From: Octopus sinensis
Taxonomy: Eukaryota
DNA: 64,000 nucleotides
Reading direction: 5' to 3'
Assembly (NCBI RefSeq): GCF_006345805.1
Contig: NC_043006.1
Location: 57,474,001 to 57,538,000 of the forward strand
The stretch's first letter is position 1; each line of letters begins with the position of its first letter. The notes beneath the pieces are model-generated. The model was not told the origin of the DNA. It saw only the letters and a program-made list of their open reading frames with translations, and made no database searches. Positions 1 through 12,600 of the stretch are shown piece after piece. Position numbers and translations under genes: made by a program.

Positions 1-32
1 CCAAAATAAATATCAAATGGAAATTGTAGTTG

Positions 33-327
33 TGATGCCTGTGCTGGTGCCACGTAAAAAGCACCAACCAAACATGGCTGATACCAGTGCCACCTTGACT
101 GGCTTCTGTGCTGGTGGCATTTAAAAAGCACCAACCGATCGTGACCGCTGCCAGACTCCCCTAGCACGTAAAAAGCACCCACTACACTCTCAGAGTAGTT
201 GGTGTTAAGAAGGGCATCCAGCTATAGAAACACTGCCATATCAGACTGGAGCCTGGTGTTGCCTCCTGGCCGAACCGTCCAACCCATGCTAGCACGGAAA
301 ACGGATGTTAAACGATGATGATGATGA
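33..327 (+). mobile_element. SINE-like repeat family A (GTGCCAC subrepeats, AGGAAGGGCATCCAG, (GAT)n tail); further copies 3037-3360 (-), 11500-11790 (-), 12080-12337 (+), 13440-13650 (+), 26690-27100 (-)
   Basis: At least six related copies in the window, all with the same terminal motif CCATGCTAGCA..GGACGTTAAACGATGATG. Confidence 0.75.
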
Positions 328-901
328 TACATACATATATAAATAAAGCTGGACCTCTTTCTGTCAGGTGTCCCAGATGAACCAACTTCACGGCAGGAGG
401 TGCAGATGAGGGCAGCTGCATCAAACTCTCTCATGCACCAAATGTCAATTGCTAAAAAGCATTTGTGAAGTAAAATCAAGTAGCAACACCGAATGGCGGT
501 GCCCCAGCACGGCCACAGCTCGTGAGCTGAAACTAGATGAAATGAAAAAATGAAAAAAATGAATACGAGAAGAAACTGGATGTAAATAACAAGGAGAAAC
601 TTGACGGTTTCGCTTGTATGTCGTTAATATATATATATATATGTGTGCTGAAGATATTTACTAAAACTAGTAAATTGAAACGATCGTAAATGCTACCTTC
701 TTTGTTCATTAATTAAATTAACGACATACAAGCGAAAACGTCAAGTTTCTCCTTGTTATTTACATCCATTTTCTTCTCGTATTCGTTTTTTTCATTTTTT
801 CATTTCATCTAGTTTCAGCTCACGAGCTGTGGCCGTGCTGGGGCACCGCCATTCGGTGTTGCTACTTGATTTTACATGATATATATATACATATATACAA
901 A

Positions 902-945
<44 letters not shown>

Positions 946-1351
946 TAATACATACATACAAAATAACCTCTGTCTCTTTTTCTCTGTCAATCACTCACTA
1001 CAAAAAGTGAATAAAAAAAATTTCATTTATCTCTCTCTCTCTCTCACACACACCAGTAGCATTACTCTCTGTCTCTTCACATACACACCACACTTTCTGT
1101 CACACACACTCCATCAAACACGCACACACACATGGTACGCCAACTTCAAAAGAACTTCCCTGATCCAATCGCGCTCTCTCAGTCTCTTTCGCTTTCACGT
1201 CGACTTCAAAAGATCTCCTTTCCCCCTTCCCTTCATCCCACATATGCAAAAAAATTTTTTAAGTTTACGGAAAGCGACGATTGTCTTCAGAAAAATAAAT
1301 ACATGTGCTTTAAGAAGTGATAAACACGATTCTCATATCGAAAGATCACTG

Positions 1352-1415
<64 letters not shown>

Positions 1416-1416
<1 letters not shown>

Positions 1417-2196
1417 CTATATTATAATTCTGAAATGCGAAAAGTTTGTTTGTTTGTTTGCTTGTCTGGTTTTGGCATTGAGAACGGGTTAAAGGCCACT
1501 AGATCCCGTCGGATTGACTCCAAAATTTATAGGGACATGTAAAATGAGGTGAGGATGCGAGTGGGCTAGGTTAGAAATCTCCATCTTAAAAGGTGCCGTT
1601 GCTGGGGCCAAAAACGCACTTTGACAAAGTCTACTCTCATTCTTTTATGTATCTGTCTTCCTCCATCACTCACTCTCTTTCCTCCCTTCCCATCACATTC
1701 TATCTATAATGTCGTTTCACAGCGTCCTACATCTCTTCCTTTCACTTTCTCTCTATAACGTTATAGAGAGAATGTGAAAGGAAGGGAAAATGTAATAATG
1801 AATGAATGAGAATAACGATGAAGGGTTTTAAAAGCATAAAAATATTTTCTTTCTCAACTTACTCACGATCTTTTGTTGTTAATAAATGGGAGAGAGATAG
1901 ATAGAGAGTAAGAGAAAGCGAGGGAAAGTTTACTATCTTTCCCCTGCCACCTTCACCAGTGCTGTCACACACACTCTCTCTCTATGTCTGTCTGCATTCA
2001 TAGAGAGAATTATCATCGCCACCACCACCACCACCACAATCATGAGAACAAATATATATTATGAATCAGATATTTATTGGGTTAATTTATATATGTGTGT
2101 GTGTTCTATATATAAATATGTATATATACAAAGTGTATATATCTGTATTTATATATATATATATACAATTTGTATACATTTATGTATACAATACGT

Positions 2197-2237
<41 letters not shown>

Positions 2238-3421
2238 AATAATGCATATATATGTACTTCTATATATATATAATGTGTGCATTATGTGGTCGGTTGAGCT
2301 GAAAATATGCACACCTATGTTAAAAGTGCTGGCGAGTTTGCATGGCAACTATTTTTTTCCTCAAATGAAAGGCGTAACCTATAGGACAAAATTCCTCATC
2401 TTATAAAATGTGGCCCAATTAGACCCGAATGAAATCGGGTTATATTAAGGGGTCTAAATGGGGCTGGAAGGGGATTAAAATTTACAGGAGCGGGTGTTTA
2501 GGAATTTTCTGTTACATCAAGCTAAAAAATTGGCTCCAGCCTTTTAAATCGTCAATGTTTTGCCGTCCATGATGAAGAAGTTTTGAATGCTTGCCATGGT
2601 GAGTCTACTGTCGTGAGAAAGAATCACTTCAAAACTTGGTGTTTAGGAATTTTCTTTTACATCAAGTTCAAAATTTTACGCCAGCCATTAAACTGCCACT
2701 ATGTTGCTGTCCGTCGTTAAGAAATGCCAGCCATGGTGACTCTACTATCTTCAGATTCCATCCCTTCAAACTTTGGTTTCCAATATTCTTTTTTTTCAGC
2801 TCGCAAGTTCGTCTGTCCCTTTTAAATATTAGTGTTTTGCTTTCTGCCTTGAAGCAGACCTTTCCGTTGTCACTGTCTGATATTTATGATTGATCTTTCA
2901 AACTACTTTCTTTCTCAACTTACTCAAGATCTTTTGTTGTTTATAAATGGGAGAGAGAGATAGATAGAGAAAGATAGAGAGTAACAGAAAGCGAGGGAGA
3001 GTCCGAGAGAAAGGAAGAGAGAAACAAAGAGGGAGAATCATCATCATCATCGTTTAACGTCCGTTTTCCCGTGCTAGCACGGGTTGGACGGTTTGACCGG
3101 GGTCTGGGAAGCCAGGAGGCTGCACCAGGCTCCAGTCTGATCTGGCAGTGTTTCTACAGCTGGATGCCCTTCCTAACGCCAACCACTCCGTGATTGTAGT
3201 GGGTGCCTTTTTCGTGCCACCAGCACAGGTGCCACGGGGGTAGGGGCGCTGGCAGCAGCCACGATCGGTTGGTGCTTTTTACGTGCCACCGGCACTGAAG
3301 CCAGTCAAGGCGGCGCTGCCATCGGTCACGTTCGGATGGTGCTTTTTACGTGCCGAAAGGATGCAACAGAAAATAACAACCACACTCTTACCCGCGCGTA
3401 GAGCGGGTCACCTTAAGCTAG
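1416..3421 (+). mobile_element. Non-autonomous Helitron-like element containing a SINE insertion
   Basis: 5' TC in an (AT)n context. 3' GC hairpin ACCCGC-GCGTAGA-GCGGGT at 3390-3408, then CTAG|T. Internal direct repeat (1845-1925 and 2905-3000). Confidence 0.65.
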
Positions 3422-4029
3422 TATATATATAATATATATATATATTATATATATAATATATATATATATTATATATATATATATATATATGCTTCATCCT
3501 CATACATACATATTTGTGTAAGTTTCACGAACATGTGTACTCTACATTATTCTCAGGTAAAGTTCAAGACAAAACGGAGCTTTGGATTCTAGTTAAATTG
3601 ATTCACAGAATCTGCATTTTTTAAAAAAAATGAAGTAAAAAATCTGAAAATCGGTTATATTGATGTAGTTTTCCACTCTTATTGTTGTGAATCCATGATC
3701 TTGTGGAGAAAAAATTTGGGGAAAAGTTACAGATGTTTAGAAATCGAAAAACCTGTGTATTTTTAGCGGTGTCAACTTAAAGGTTGTACCCTGTGAAATT
3801 TACTTTTGCGTCTGTGAAATGACCTGTTACCTGTGTTTACTTTATGCGTATTTCTGTATTATGTATACCTGTCATGTACATCATTAATATATAAGTTCAT
3901 GTATTCATATGTAAGTTTATATGTACATGTGAATCGATTTAACAAGATCCCACACACAACATACACATAGGAACGCACATATATACCACCCTCATACACA
4001 TATACCCCACATTATATTGTATTATATTG

Positions 4030-4405
4030 GCATCCTTTCTGTCTCGGGAGTCAATGGAGTTGCGCATTTTTTTTTTTTTTTTAAAGTCTAGTCCGGCTTT
4101 TATATTTCATGTCCTGATACATTTCCTGCTGTGGCTGTGTAGTCCTATCCTAGACAAACACTCCCTCTGGCAGGTACCGCAAATGTAGCGAAGACTGTTC
4201 CTGGCTGGTTGTAGTGCCATAGTCTCTTGTTTACGTCTCTTCCTTTCTTTCCATTTCTCCTCTCTCTCTCTGTCACTCCTTTGTATTCCCTCTTTTACTG
4301 TACGTCGCCATTCTCCACAGTTGCCGGCAACTGCCTCCCAACCGCTAATATTGATGTTGCAGGCCTTCGTATCCCTTTTGCAAACATCCCTGTAACGTAA
4401 GATCG
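4030..4405 (-). mobile_element. RTE (BovB-like) LINE 3' fragment
   Basis: RDVCKRD..WEAVA...WR..V and terminal C..C...CLSRIGLHSHSRKC, typical of the RTE C-terminus. Confidence 0.8.
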
Positions 4406-4649
4406 GTCTACCCACAGACCTAGTACCCCACATACACACATATATACCCACACACGAACGCACATATACCTTTCCACATAACATCTACTCATACATGCAC
4501 ACACATATACATGCAGCACTGAAGTGAAACACAAGACAACTTGCGGTTGTAATGGTAACAAGTTGTTAATACTTCGCTGTCTGTTGATTGGCTAAAATTA
4601 CTCAGATTTTCCCAACTTTAATTCCAAATATCAGATTCTTTAATTTACG

Positions 4650-5068
4650 GGCAATCTTTCGTCTCTAGTAGACCTTTCCGTCGATTTCCGTAAAATTTTT
4701 TTTTTTTTTTTACATATGGGCTTGCGGGAACTTTTGAAGTAATGAGAGCGAAAGAGACTAAGAGAAAGCGATTGTATGACGAGGGAAGTTCTTTTGAAGT
4801 TACCGTGCATGGGAAGCATTGATGTACATGTGTGTGTTTGATGGGGTGTGGGAGACAGACAGTATGTTGTGTAAGTGAAGTGCTTCTGTTAGTATGTGTG
4901 AAGAGACAGAGTAATGTGTGAAAGAAAGAGATAACTGAAATTTTTTACTCGGTGTATGTGTATATGTATGTATATTACTTCAAAAGTTCCCGCAAGCCCA
5001 TATGTAAAAAAAAAATAAATTTTTTTACGGAAATCGACGGAAAGGTCTACTAGAGACGAAAGATCGCC
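4650..5068. mobile_element. MITE with ~95-bp TIRs starting GG and an 8-bp TSD (Merlin-like)
   Basis: TIRs GGCAATCTTTCGTCTCTAGTAGACC.../...CTACTAGAGACGAAAGATCGCC. AATTTACG directly repeated at 4642-4649 and 5069-5076. Confidence 0.8.
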
Positions 5069-5707
5069 AATTTACGTGATAAAGTAATTTGTTGATCGTA
5101 ATCAAAATTCAGAGTTGCATCGATACACTAAAATTGAAAGCCATCTAAGCAAATTTAAAGGGGGCTTATTTTGTGAATCAATTTAACTAGATCCATAGAC
5201 AGGCTTTGGTAAAGATCCTAAAATTTGCTTAAGATGCCACGCCTTTTTTAGACTCGGTCTATTTCGGACAACATTACCTTATGTCATCTTTTAAAAAATA
5301 TAATAAAACGATAGCAGTGTTCTAGTTTACAAGATAAAACTGATTTTATTTAAGAATATTTCAATAAGAATTTAGGGATATCCAAATTTAGAACAAGCTG
5401 CAAAAGTGAACAGTAAGAAAAGACACATGCAGGAATAAAGGAGAATAGTAAATAATAATCAAGATTAAAGAGATATGCATTTCCTAAACAATACATCATG
5501 CTAGGGATTTGGTTGCTATTTCTAGTAAGTTTATAGTAAGTTTCCCCTCTCGTATTCGCTTATTGCAACGGCCCATCAGTTTTTCTAGGCCTTGTAAAAG
5601 AACTCAAAAGTTTGGGCCACCAATCAGGCCTTTCGCAACACTCTTAAAATCAGTAACATCCACTCGTAAGTGGTGTGCCGTAGAAGAAAAAAAAGAGGAA
5701 CAGAAAG

Positions 5708-5784
<77 letters not shown>

Positions 5785-6808
5785 CGCACGCACACACAAT
5801 TAAATCAGATATGAAATCCTCTTAAAGAGTTGTTAGCATCCAAAGTTCGCCGGTTTTATCCAGCATCAGTGAAAAAACAAAGATGTTAGTTTCGCATTGA
5901 TTGATATGGATATAAATTATTTAAGAATAGAAAAAAAAGCCCCAGAGAATCTGTTGTATAGGCATCAATTTATTTGAATTTATTCAATTCTGTACAATAT
6001 CAAATTCTTTTGATATTGTACAGAATTGAATATGTTCAAATAAATTGAAATATATATATATATAGTCAATAATAATAAAGGGCAAAATTAATTAATTAAT
6101 TAGTAATTAATAATTTTACCAAGCAGTGTTCAGTATGTAAAAGGACCATTTATGGTAAATTTAAACATTACTTTATATAATTAGGGTTCAGCAAAAACAT
6201 TTGCTTTACCACATACCGAACTTTTAGAAATAGCAGCCCAAAAAATTAGCTATTTCTTCTACTGTGGTAAAGCAAATTTTTTTGCTGGACCCTAATTATA
6301 TAAAGTAATGTTTATATATATATATATGGCAATCTTACGGTTCTAAATATGAATTAGAGATAAAAACAACACTATTATGCAACTCAAACAGTGATAGACA
6401 TAAACCAATACATAAATAACAAATATATATATATATAATATATATATATATATTTATATAAAGGCAATAAACAAGAGAAATGTGTAAGAAAAGAAAATGA
6501 GAGGAAACGGTATTTATTAGAAGTTTATTACTACAAACGAAAGATCGCCTATATAATTTTTAAGACAAGTCTTTCAATATATAAATACAATGTTGCGAAG
6601 TGTTTATCAAATTTCAAATGAAGCGGTTTTGCTACTGCTTCGACAATAACCTGTTGTCATGAACAATGCGATACTACGCAGTTCAGCAATCACTGAACTC
6701 ATCTTACACCGCTTTACAAAATCATCATCGTTCTACCCTAACATTGAAACATTCACTAGCAACGATCAATCGTACTTTTTACAACCACGATTACCGAGTT
6801 CAGTTACT

Positions 6809-7470
6809 ATGGACTTGGCGAAATGTCTGAAGGCGAACGGGAATATACAACGGAAAAAATTCGAGTCGATATTCAGTCGATTTGACCGTACATTCAGTGA
6901 TTGTGAAGTTGTCGATTTAAATGAGTTGTTTACAGAGAGCGATCGAACAAATATTCCATCACAACGGAAAGCTACACATAAACCCTTGTCTCGCACAACG
7001 AAAAACAAGAGAAATCGCCGCAAACCTAGCAAGTTAGTGGTAGTCTCTAACAAAAAATTCCCGAAATATCAAACAAGGAGTGTAACCAAGAGAAAATGTT
7101 CAAAGTCTACAAAAGGCACCTCTACCCGCCTTGCGAGAAAATCAAAAACAGCGCGAAAATCGAATGGACGTGTAAAAGATATTTTCCCGAGTCCTTTACC
7201 TAATGGCAATATGGTGGGATCGGTCGTGTCGCGTAACAAAAGTATGTTCTGTGAACCACCAACCGTTATGGATCTAGATGTTTCGGATTCAGATGGCAGC
7301 GATAATATTTCTGATGTTGATACAAACGATGAAGGTTCTGACAAGAGTCAGTTCTGTACTCCCCCAACTATCATTGAAGTAAACCCTTCCATTAGCAGAA
7401 GTGGTTTCTGTACTCCACCGACGGTGATTAACGAAAAGCTGGACGGAAACTTTGACCTGAACAAGGAAAA
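6809..7470 (+). CDS. First coding exon of a Scm3/HJURP-like (candidate CENP-A chaperone) gene; alternative upstream in-frame ATG at 6659
   Basis: Only long non-repetitive ORF in the region (6659-7474). ATG 6809 has a good Kozak context (ACTATGG). MDLAKCLKANGNIQRKKFESIFSRFDRTFSDCEVVDLNEL matches the Scm3/HJURP N-terminal motif, followed by a basic tract and an acidic, TP-containing tract. Phase-2 donor AA|GTAAAG at 7470/7471 just before the in-frame stop. Confidence 0.7.
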
Positions 7471-8278
7471 GTAAAGTATTTCATTTTATTTTATTTTCAT
7501 TTTAAAATCCAAGTGTTAACATCAAGACACCGGCATGAGAATTATGATGTGCCGAAGCTTTTCGTTGAATAGTGGCACTTACACAGCCAAAACATTTTAA
7601 ATATTTTTTGTTGGAGGTATCGAAATCCCCCACCACCACTACCTCTTTTTATTTTTTTTATTTTTCCGGGTTCATGTTTTTAACAACGGGTATTACGATT
7701 TGTAAATTTCTGTATAGAAATTTTCAAAAATATCGGATTTGCTGTGTCTAACCGAAATGATCCATACTGAGATTACAGTTCTTGAATCTTTTTTTTTTCT
7801 TCAGAAATTTCAACTTTCAAAGCTTTTTACTACTTTACTGTACCCTGAAAAACAAGTATATATTTTCATTCATAAAATTTTTCTTCCGAAAACTTTAACA
7901 TAGAAAAATAGTAGTGTTGTCTACTGAGGCCTCATGGTCTAGGGGACCATTTGTGATCAATATTGTTGTGGTTTGCTCTCAATATATAAATACAGTGGGG
8001 CCCAGTGCATTGATTTGTTCAGGAGCCTATGCTGTTGAGACGGCCCTGTCAATTATTTTAATTCAATAATATAACGATGGTGTCTAAAAAGGAAAACAAT
8101 AATTGGCTATCTTTCATTTTGACTCGAATTTTGTCAACAAATTACTGGGTAATTTCTGTGAGCACGTGTTGTCTTGTTAAATATTTACCTATTCGTTTCG
8201 GTCATTCAGTTACTATTACCTTCACCCACCCGGGAACAAAAAGTAAAATAATAAACCAGTCTGTGGGGTACAAGCAAG

Positions 8279-9156
8279 TGTGTGGAAAACGAATATTTAA
8301 AAAAATGCGCGCTGATGATCCTGGGGGGTAGAAACGGGACTTTCGGAAAATTCACAAGATCCGATTTTTCCGTCATAAATTCGGGTAAAATGGATATATA
8401 GTGATTTATTTTTTTACAGAATCCCTCGTTTTTGGTTATGGAAGATCCGATTCTGAAAAAAAATTTTCAAAAATCGCATTTTCAAAATTTTATTATGTTA
8501 TCGCAGTTTTGTGAGATTTGGCTGTTATTTCTAGCATGTGCATAACCTGCTTGAAGGCCTGAGGGTATACTTTATCTTTTTCCTTGTTGAAAAATTGGAA
8601 TTTTACAAACAATTTTTTTTCAGAATCGTATCTTCGTATTTTGCTACATATTTCGGGGAAAAAAAAAGTTTAAAAAGGAAAGCTTAAAAAAAAAAAAAAA
8701 CTTTAATTTCACATGAATTACTTTGTCGTATTACTGCAGGGAGGGTTATATATATATATATATATATATAACCAAATAATATATAAACATATGCATATAT
8801 GGGTACAGGACACAATGAGAACGGAAAACATAAAAACAAAAACATGGAAACGGACTTTTTTTCAAACAACAAAAAACCAGAGTACAAGACATACAACACA
8901 AGGAATATTCCCCTTCTTCAGTTGTCCCTGTTTTGGCTACTCTGCATTTCGCAGGTAAGGACAAGACACGAAAAAATTTTTTCAGTAATGGATCCTCCAT
9001 AACCAAAAACATGGGATTCCGTAAAAATAAATCAATATATATTCATTTTACCGGAAGTTATGACGGAAAAATTGGATCTTGTGAATTTTCCGAAAGTCCC
9101 CTCCCCACCCCCAGGGTCGTCAGCGTACATTTTTTTTCATATTCGTTTTCCACACA
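8279..9156. mobile_element. Foldback/MITE-like element with ~190-bp terminal inverted repeats and an internal insertion
   Basis: 8279-8470 is the approximate reverse complement of 8970-9156. The internal 8760-8965 segment resembles the repeat at 51870-52100. Confidence 0.6.
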
Positions 9157-9309
9157 TTTTTTTACACCCATTGCACTATATTTTTTACATTAACCATTGT
9201 TATTTCTGATAGATGAATTGACTGCGTGGAGGATTTCTCGGTTAGAAAAAAGTTCTTCAAGTTCTGATCCAGCAGACCTATGTACTCCACTTTAGGTGGC
9301 ACCGGCACA

Positions 9310-9660
9310 GGACTCTTGCTGGCTCTTCACCAGGGGCAGCAGCCTTAACACTTCTGCTGTGGAGGGATGGGTCTTCTTGAGTACAGCAAGATGTCAAGCA
9401 TCTCGGTCCTAAGTCATCTTGTCTGAAATTTTTAGCATCCTGATGTTGTCTTTCAATACTTTGTCCCATGTTTTCCTGGGTCTGCCTCTTCCACGGGTTC
9501 CATCCACATTGAGTCATCTGCACTTCTTTATGGAGCTGTCAGCATCCATTTGCATCATAATACCAAGCCAGCATAATCACCACTCTTGCACACTGCATTT
9601 AATACCTCTTATGCCTAACTTCTTTCTCAATACACTTGCACTCTGTTGCACATGTACGCT
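9310..9660 (-). mobile_element. Degenerate RTE LINE 3' fragment
   Basis: Minus-strand DNA encodes GRGRPRKTW-like and downstream RTE C-terminal residues across frameshifts. Confidence 0.55.
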
Positions 9661-12600
9661 TACATTACACATTCCAGAGGAGCTGTGAGTTTTAATAAAA
9701 TTCATGTATTCACAAGAAATACAGATGCTATTTCTAGCATGTGTAGTGATTATATATAGTCAGTACCAGGTGTTGATGTGGCTGCGTGTATATTATTACA
9801 AGAGTTCATATAGAGATGAAGAATACATTCAAGACATATATATTTACTACATAAGAATATATTTTATTTACTGGTCGATGATGATGCATAGAATCAATAT
9901 GTAGAATCTAATTTAATGAAATAATCTATGCAAGAAAGTTCAGAGATAGAAAATGTAGAAATAACAACTAAATGAAAGTTTTCAATCGTGTGGTGTAGAG
10001 AAATAGATGGACACAGAAATGACGTGAATGGCTCTAAGTCTAATTGACTAAGAAGCAAAGAGCAGGCTTAGCAAGCTGTTTTTATTAATGGAACACTAGA
10101 CATTGTAGAAACTTCCAAGGGAAATGCTAAGCTTCTTGAATAATTAAGAATCATGTCTCGTGACACAGATGCTTCGAGAAATTTAGTAAAGGAAGGTTAC
10201 TCTATAATCCTTCTTGTAAGGGAGATCATTCAAATACTTAGCTACCAATACACATGTTTGCTACTAGCAGTATGGGATCTTTTCTGTTTGGCTGCCATTT
10301 CTTCAATTTTTGTTCTAATCGATTTTAGATTTGGCCTATTGATGTAGTTTTCTAGAGTAATCATTGATATAAAATTCATTTTGACCATAAATCAATAGAG
10401 AAAGAGTTAATAGCTTTTAAAGTTTGCAAATTTTGGGTAATTTTAGCCAATCGAAAGCCATAGTCATATAGGTGCCTGTTCCTTAGTAACAAGCCAAACT
10501 GTTCACCACATGTTCTTTTTGTTGCTTATTAAATGCTTGAAACATGTGGTATAAGATGTGCTAAAAATAACAGCTAAATAGGCCTTAAATCACGCACAAA
10601 TTTTTTTTGCATAATCGCATGAATTCCCATGTGTAGAATACTAATTCACAAAAATTTTTTTTTTAATTCCAAAAAATAAAAAAAGTTATGAGGGGTTATA
10701 TGGCATGTGTAAAGTAGAATTCCTCCAATATTTCATTTGTTTACTGTTGACAACATGTGCTGTCAACATACAAAATAACAGCTTCCAATCCCATTTTCTG
10801 ACTGAACTTTTTTAAAAAAATTTTCTGGGGAAAAAATGAGCCATCTCCTGATATTCAGTGTGGAAAATTAAATCAATACACCAAATTTTTTAAATTTCCA
10901 CTAAACTTTATAATTTCCACAGGTGCACCCAAACAGAAAATATCCACATTATGTATACACATACACAGAAATCGTTAGTTTAGCCCCAGACCTATTACTA
11001 AGGGTATTCTACATATTAATCACAGTGTGACAGGATTAGATGATTTGGAAGGTTGTGTCTTGTTCTAATGTCTATATTCACATGGTTTCAATGGCTTCAT
11101 ACTCTTCCTAACTCCAATCATTTTACAGAATGTATTGTGTGTGTGTTTTGTAATTCCATGACTCCTTTCAAGAGTAAAGGATCTAAAGAGGCTTCTTAAC
11201 TGTGGAAGAATTGGAGAGTTTGATGAGTTTATGTAAAGTGATGAGAGATGGTGGAGTATGATAAGAACGAATTACACACACACACATATGTACACTTATG
11301 TTAGCAATGCAGATTTATGAATGATTTCTAAAAGTTCAACAAGTCTTTTCAAAATAACACTGGATGAATACAATTTGAGGGTATGTGTGTTTATTTCAGC
11401 TTGGATTTCTACTCCTCACCCTTTTTTAAAATGTCTCTCTCTCTGTCTCTGTCTGTCTGTCTCTCCTCTCTCTCTCTCTCTAGATATATATATATATATC
11501 ATCATTATCATCATCGTTTAACGTCTGCTTTCCATGCTAGCATGGGTTGGATGATTTTGACTGAAGTCTGGCGAACCAGATGGCTGCACCAGAATCTGAT
11601 CTGGCAGAGTTTCTACAGCTGGATGCCCTTCCTAACGCCAACCACCCCGAGAGTGTAGTGGGTGCTTTTATGTGCCACCAGCACGAGGGCCAGTCGGCGG
11701 TACTGGCAACGGCCATGCTCAAATGGTGCTTTTTATGTGCCACCTGCACAGGAGCCAGTCCAGCAGCACTGGCAACGACCTCATTCATACTTGTTTCTGT
11801 CATTTGACTGCAGCTATACAAGAGTGCTGCCTCGAAGAGTTTTCGTAGAACAAATCGCCCCCAGGACTTATGTTTTTTTAAATCCTAGTACTTGCTGAAT
11901 TGCTAGATCACAGGAATTTAAACATCAATACCAGTTGTCAAGTGGTGATGGGTGGGGGTGGGCACCTTCAGATTTGCCCTGTACTCCCCAGTAGTAGTAT
12001 TATATGTACTTCCAGGTTTGCGTTTGGGCATATGCCATGTGTGAATAGATAATATATGTGGCCGTCCGCCAGCCTCGTCTGGCAATTGTGTCGGTGACAC
12101 ATAAGAAAACACCATCCGAGCGTGGCTGTCAGCCAGCCTCGTCTGGCACCTGTGTCGGTGGCACATAAAATCACCCACTACACTCTCGGAGTGGTTGGCG
12201 TTAGGAAGGGCATCCAGCTGTAGAAACACTGCCAGATCTGACTGGCCTGGTGCAGCCTTCGGGCTTGCCAGACCCCAGTTGAACCGTCCAACCCATGCTA
12301 GCATGGAAAGCGGACGTTAAATGATGATGATGATGATATATATATATTATAGAAGAATATTGTTGACAAGGTGTGGCTATGTGGTAAGTAGCTTGCTTAT
12401 GGACCACATGGTTCTGTGTTCAGTCCCACTGTGTGGCACCTTGGGCAAGTGTCTTCTGCTATAGCCTCGGGCTGACCAAAGCCTTGTGAGTGGATTTGGT
12501 AGATGGAAACTGAAAGAAGCCCATCATATATATGTATGTGTATATGTTTGTGTCTCTGTGTTTGTTCCCCCAGCATCTCTTGACAACCAATGCTGGTTTG

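Noticed and set aside
6613-6618. TTCAAA (inverse CHR cell-cycle element) near the HJURP-like start
   Set aside because: A hexamer this AT-rich is expected by chance many times in the window, and the TSS is unknown.
6766-7344. Antisense ORFs (95 and 91 aa) overlapping the HJURP-like exon; likewise antisense ORFs over the LINEs
   Set aside because: Shadow ORFs of coding sequence with no independent motifs.
9213-9295. Possible exon DELTAWRISRLEKSSSSSDPADLCTPL after a TTTCTGATAG acceptor
   Set aside because: Open only in phase 1, whereas exon 1 ends in phase 2 (immediate TGA). No good donor, and it abuts an RTE remnant.
10923-11003. Possible exon VHPNRKYPHYVYTYTEIVSLAPDLLLR after TTTCCACAG
   Set aside because: Open only in phase 0, incompatible with the phase-2 exon chain without further unseen exons; weak donor.
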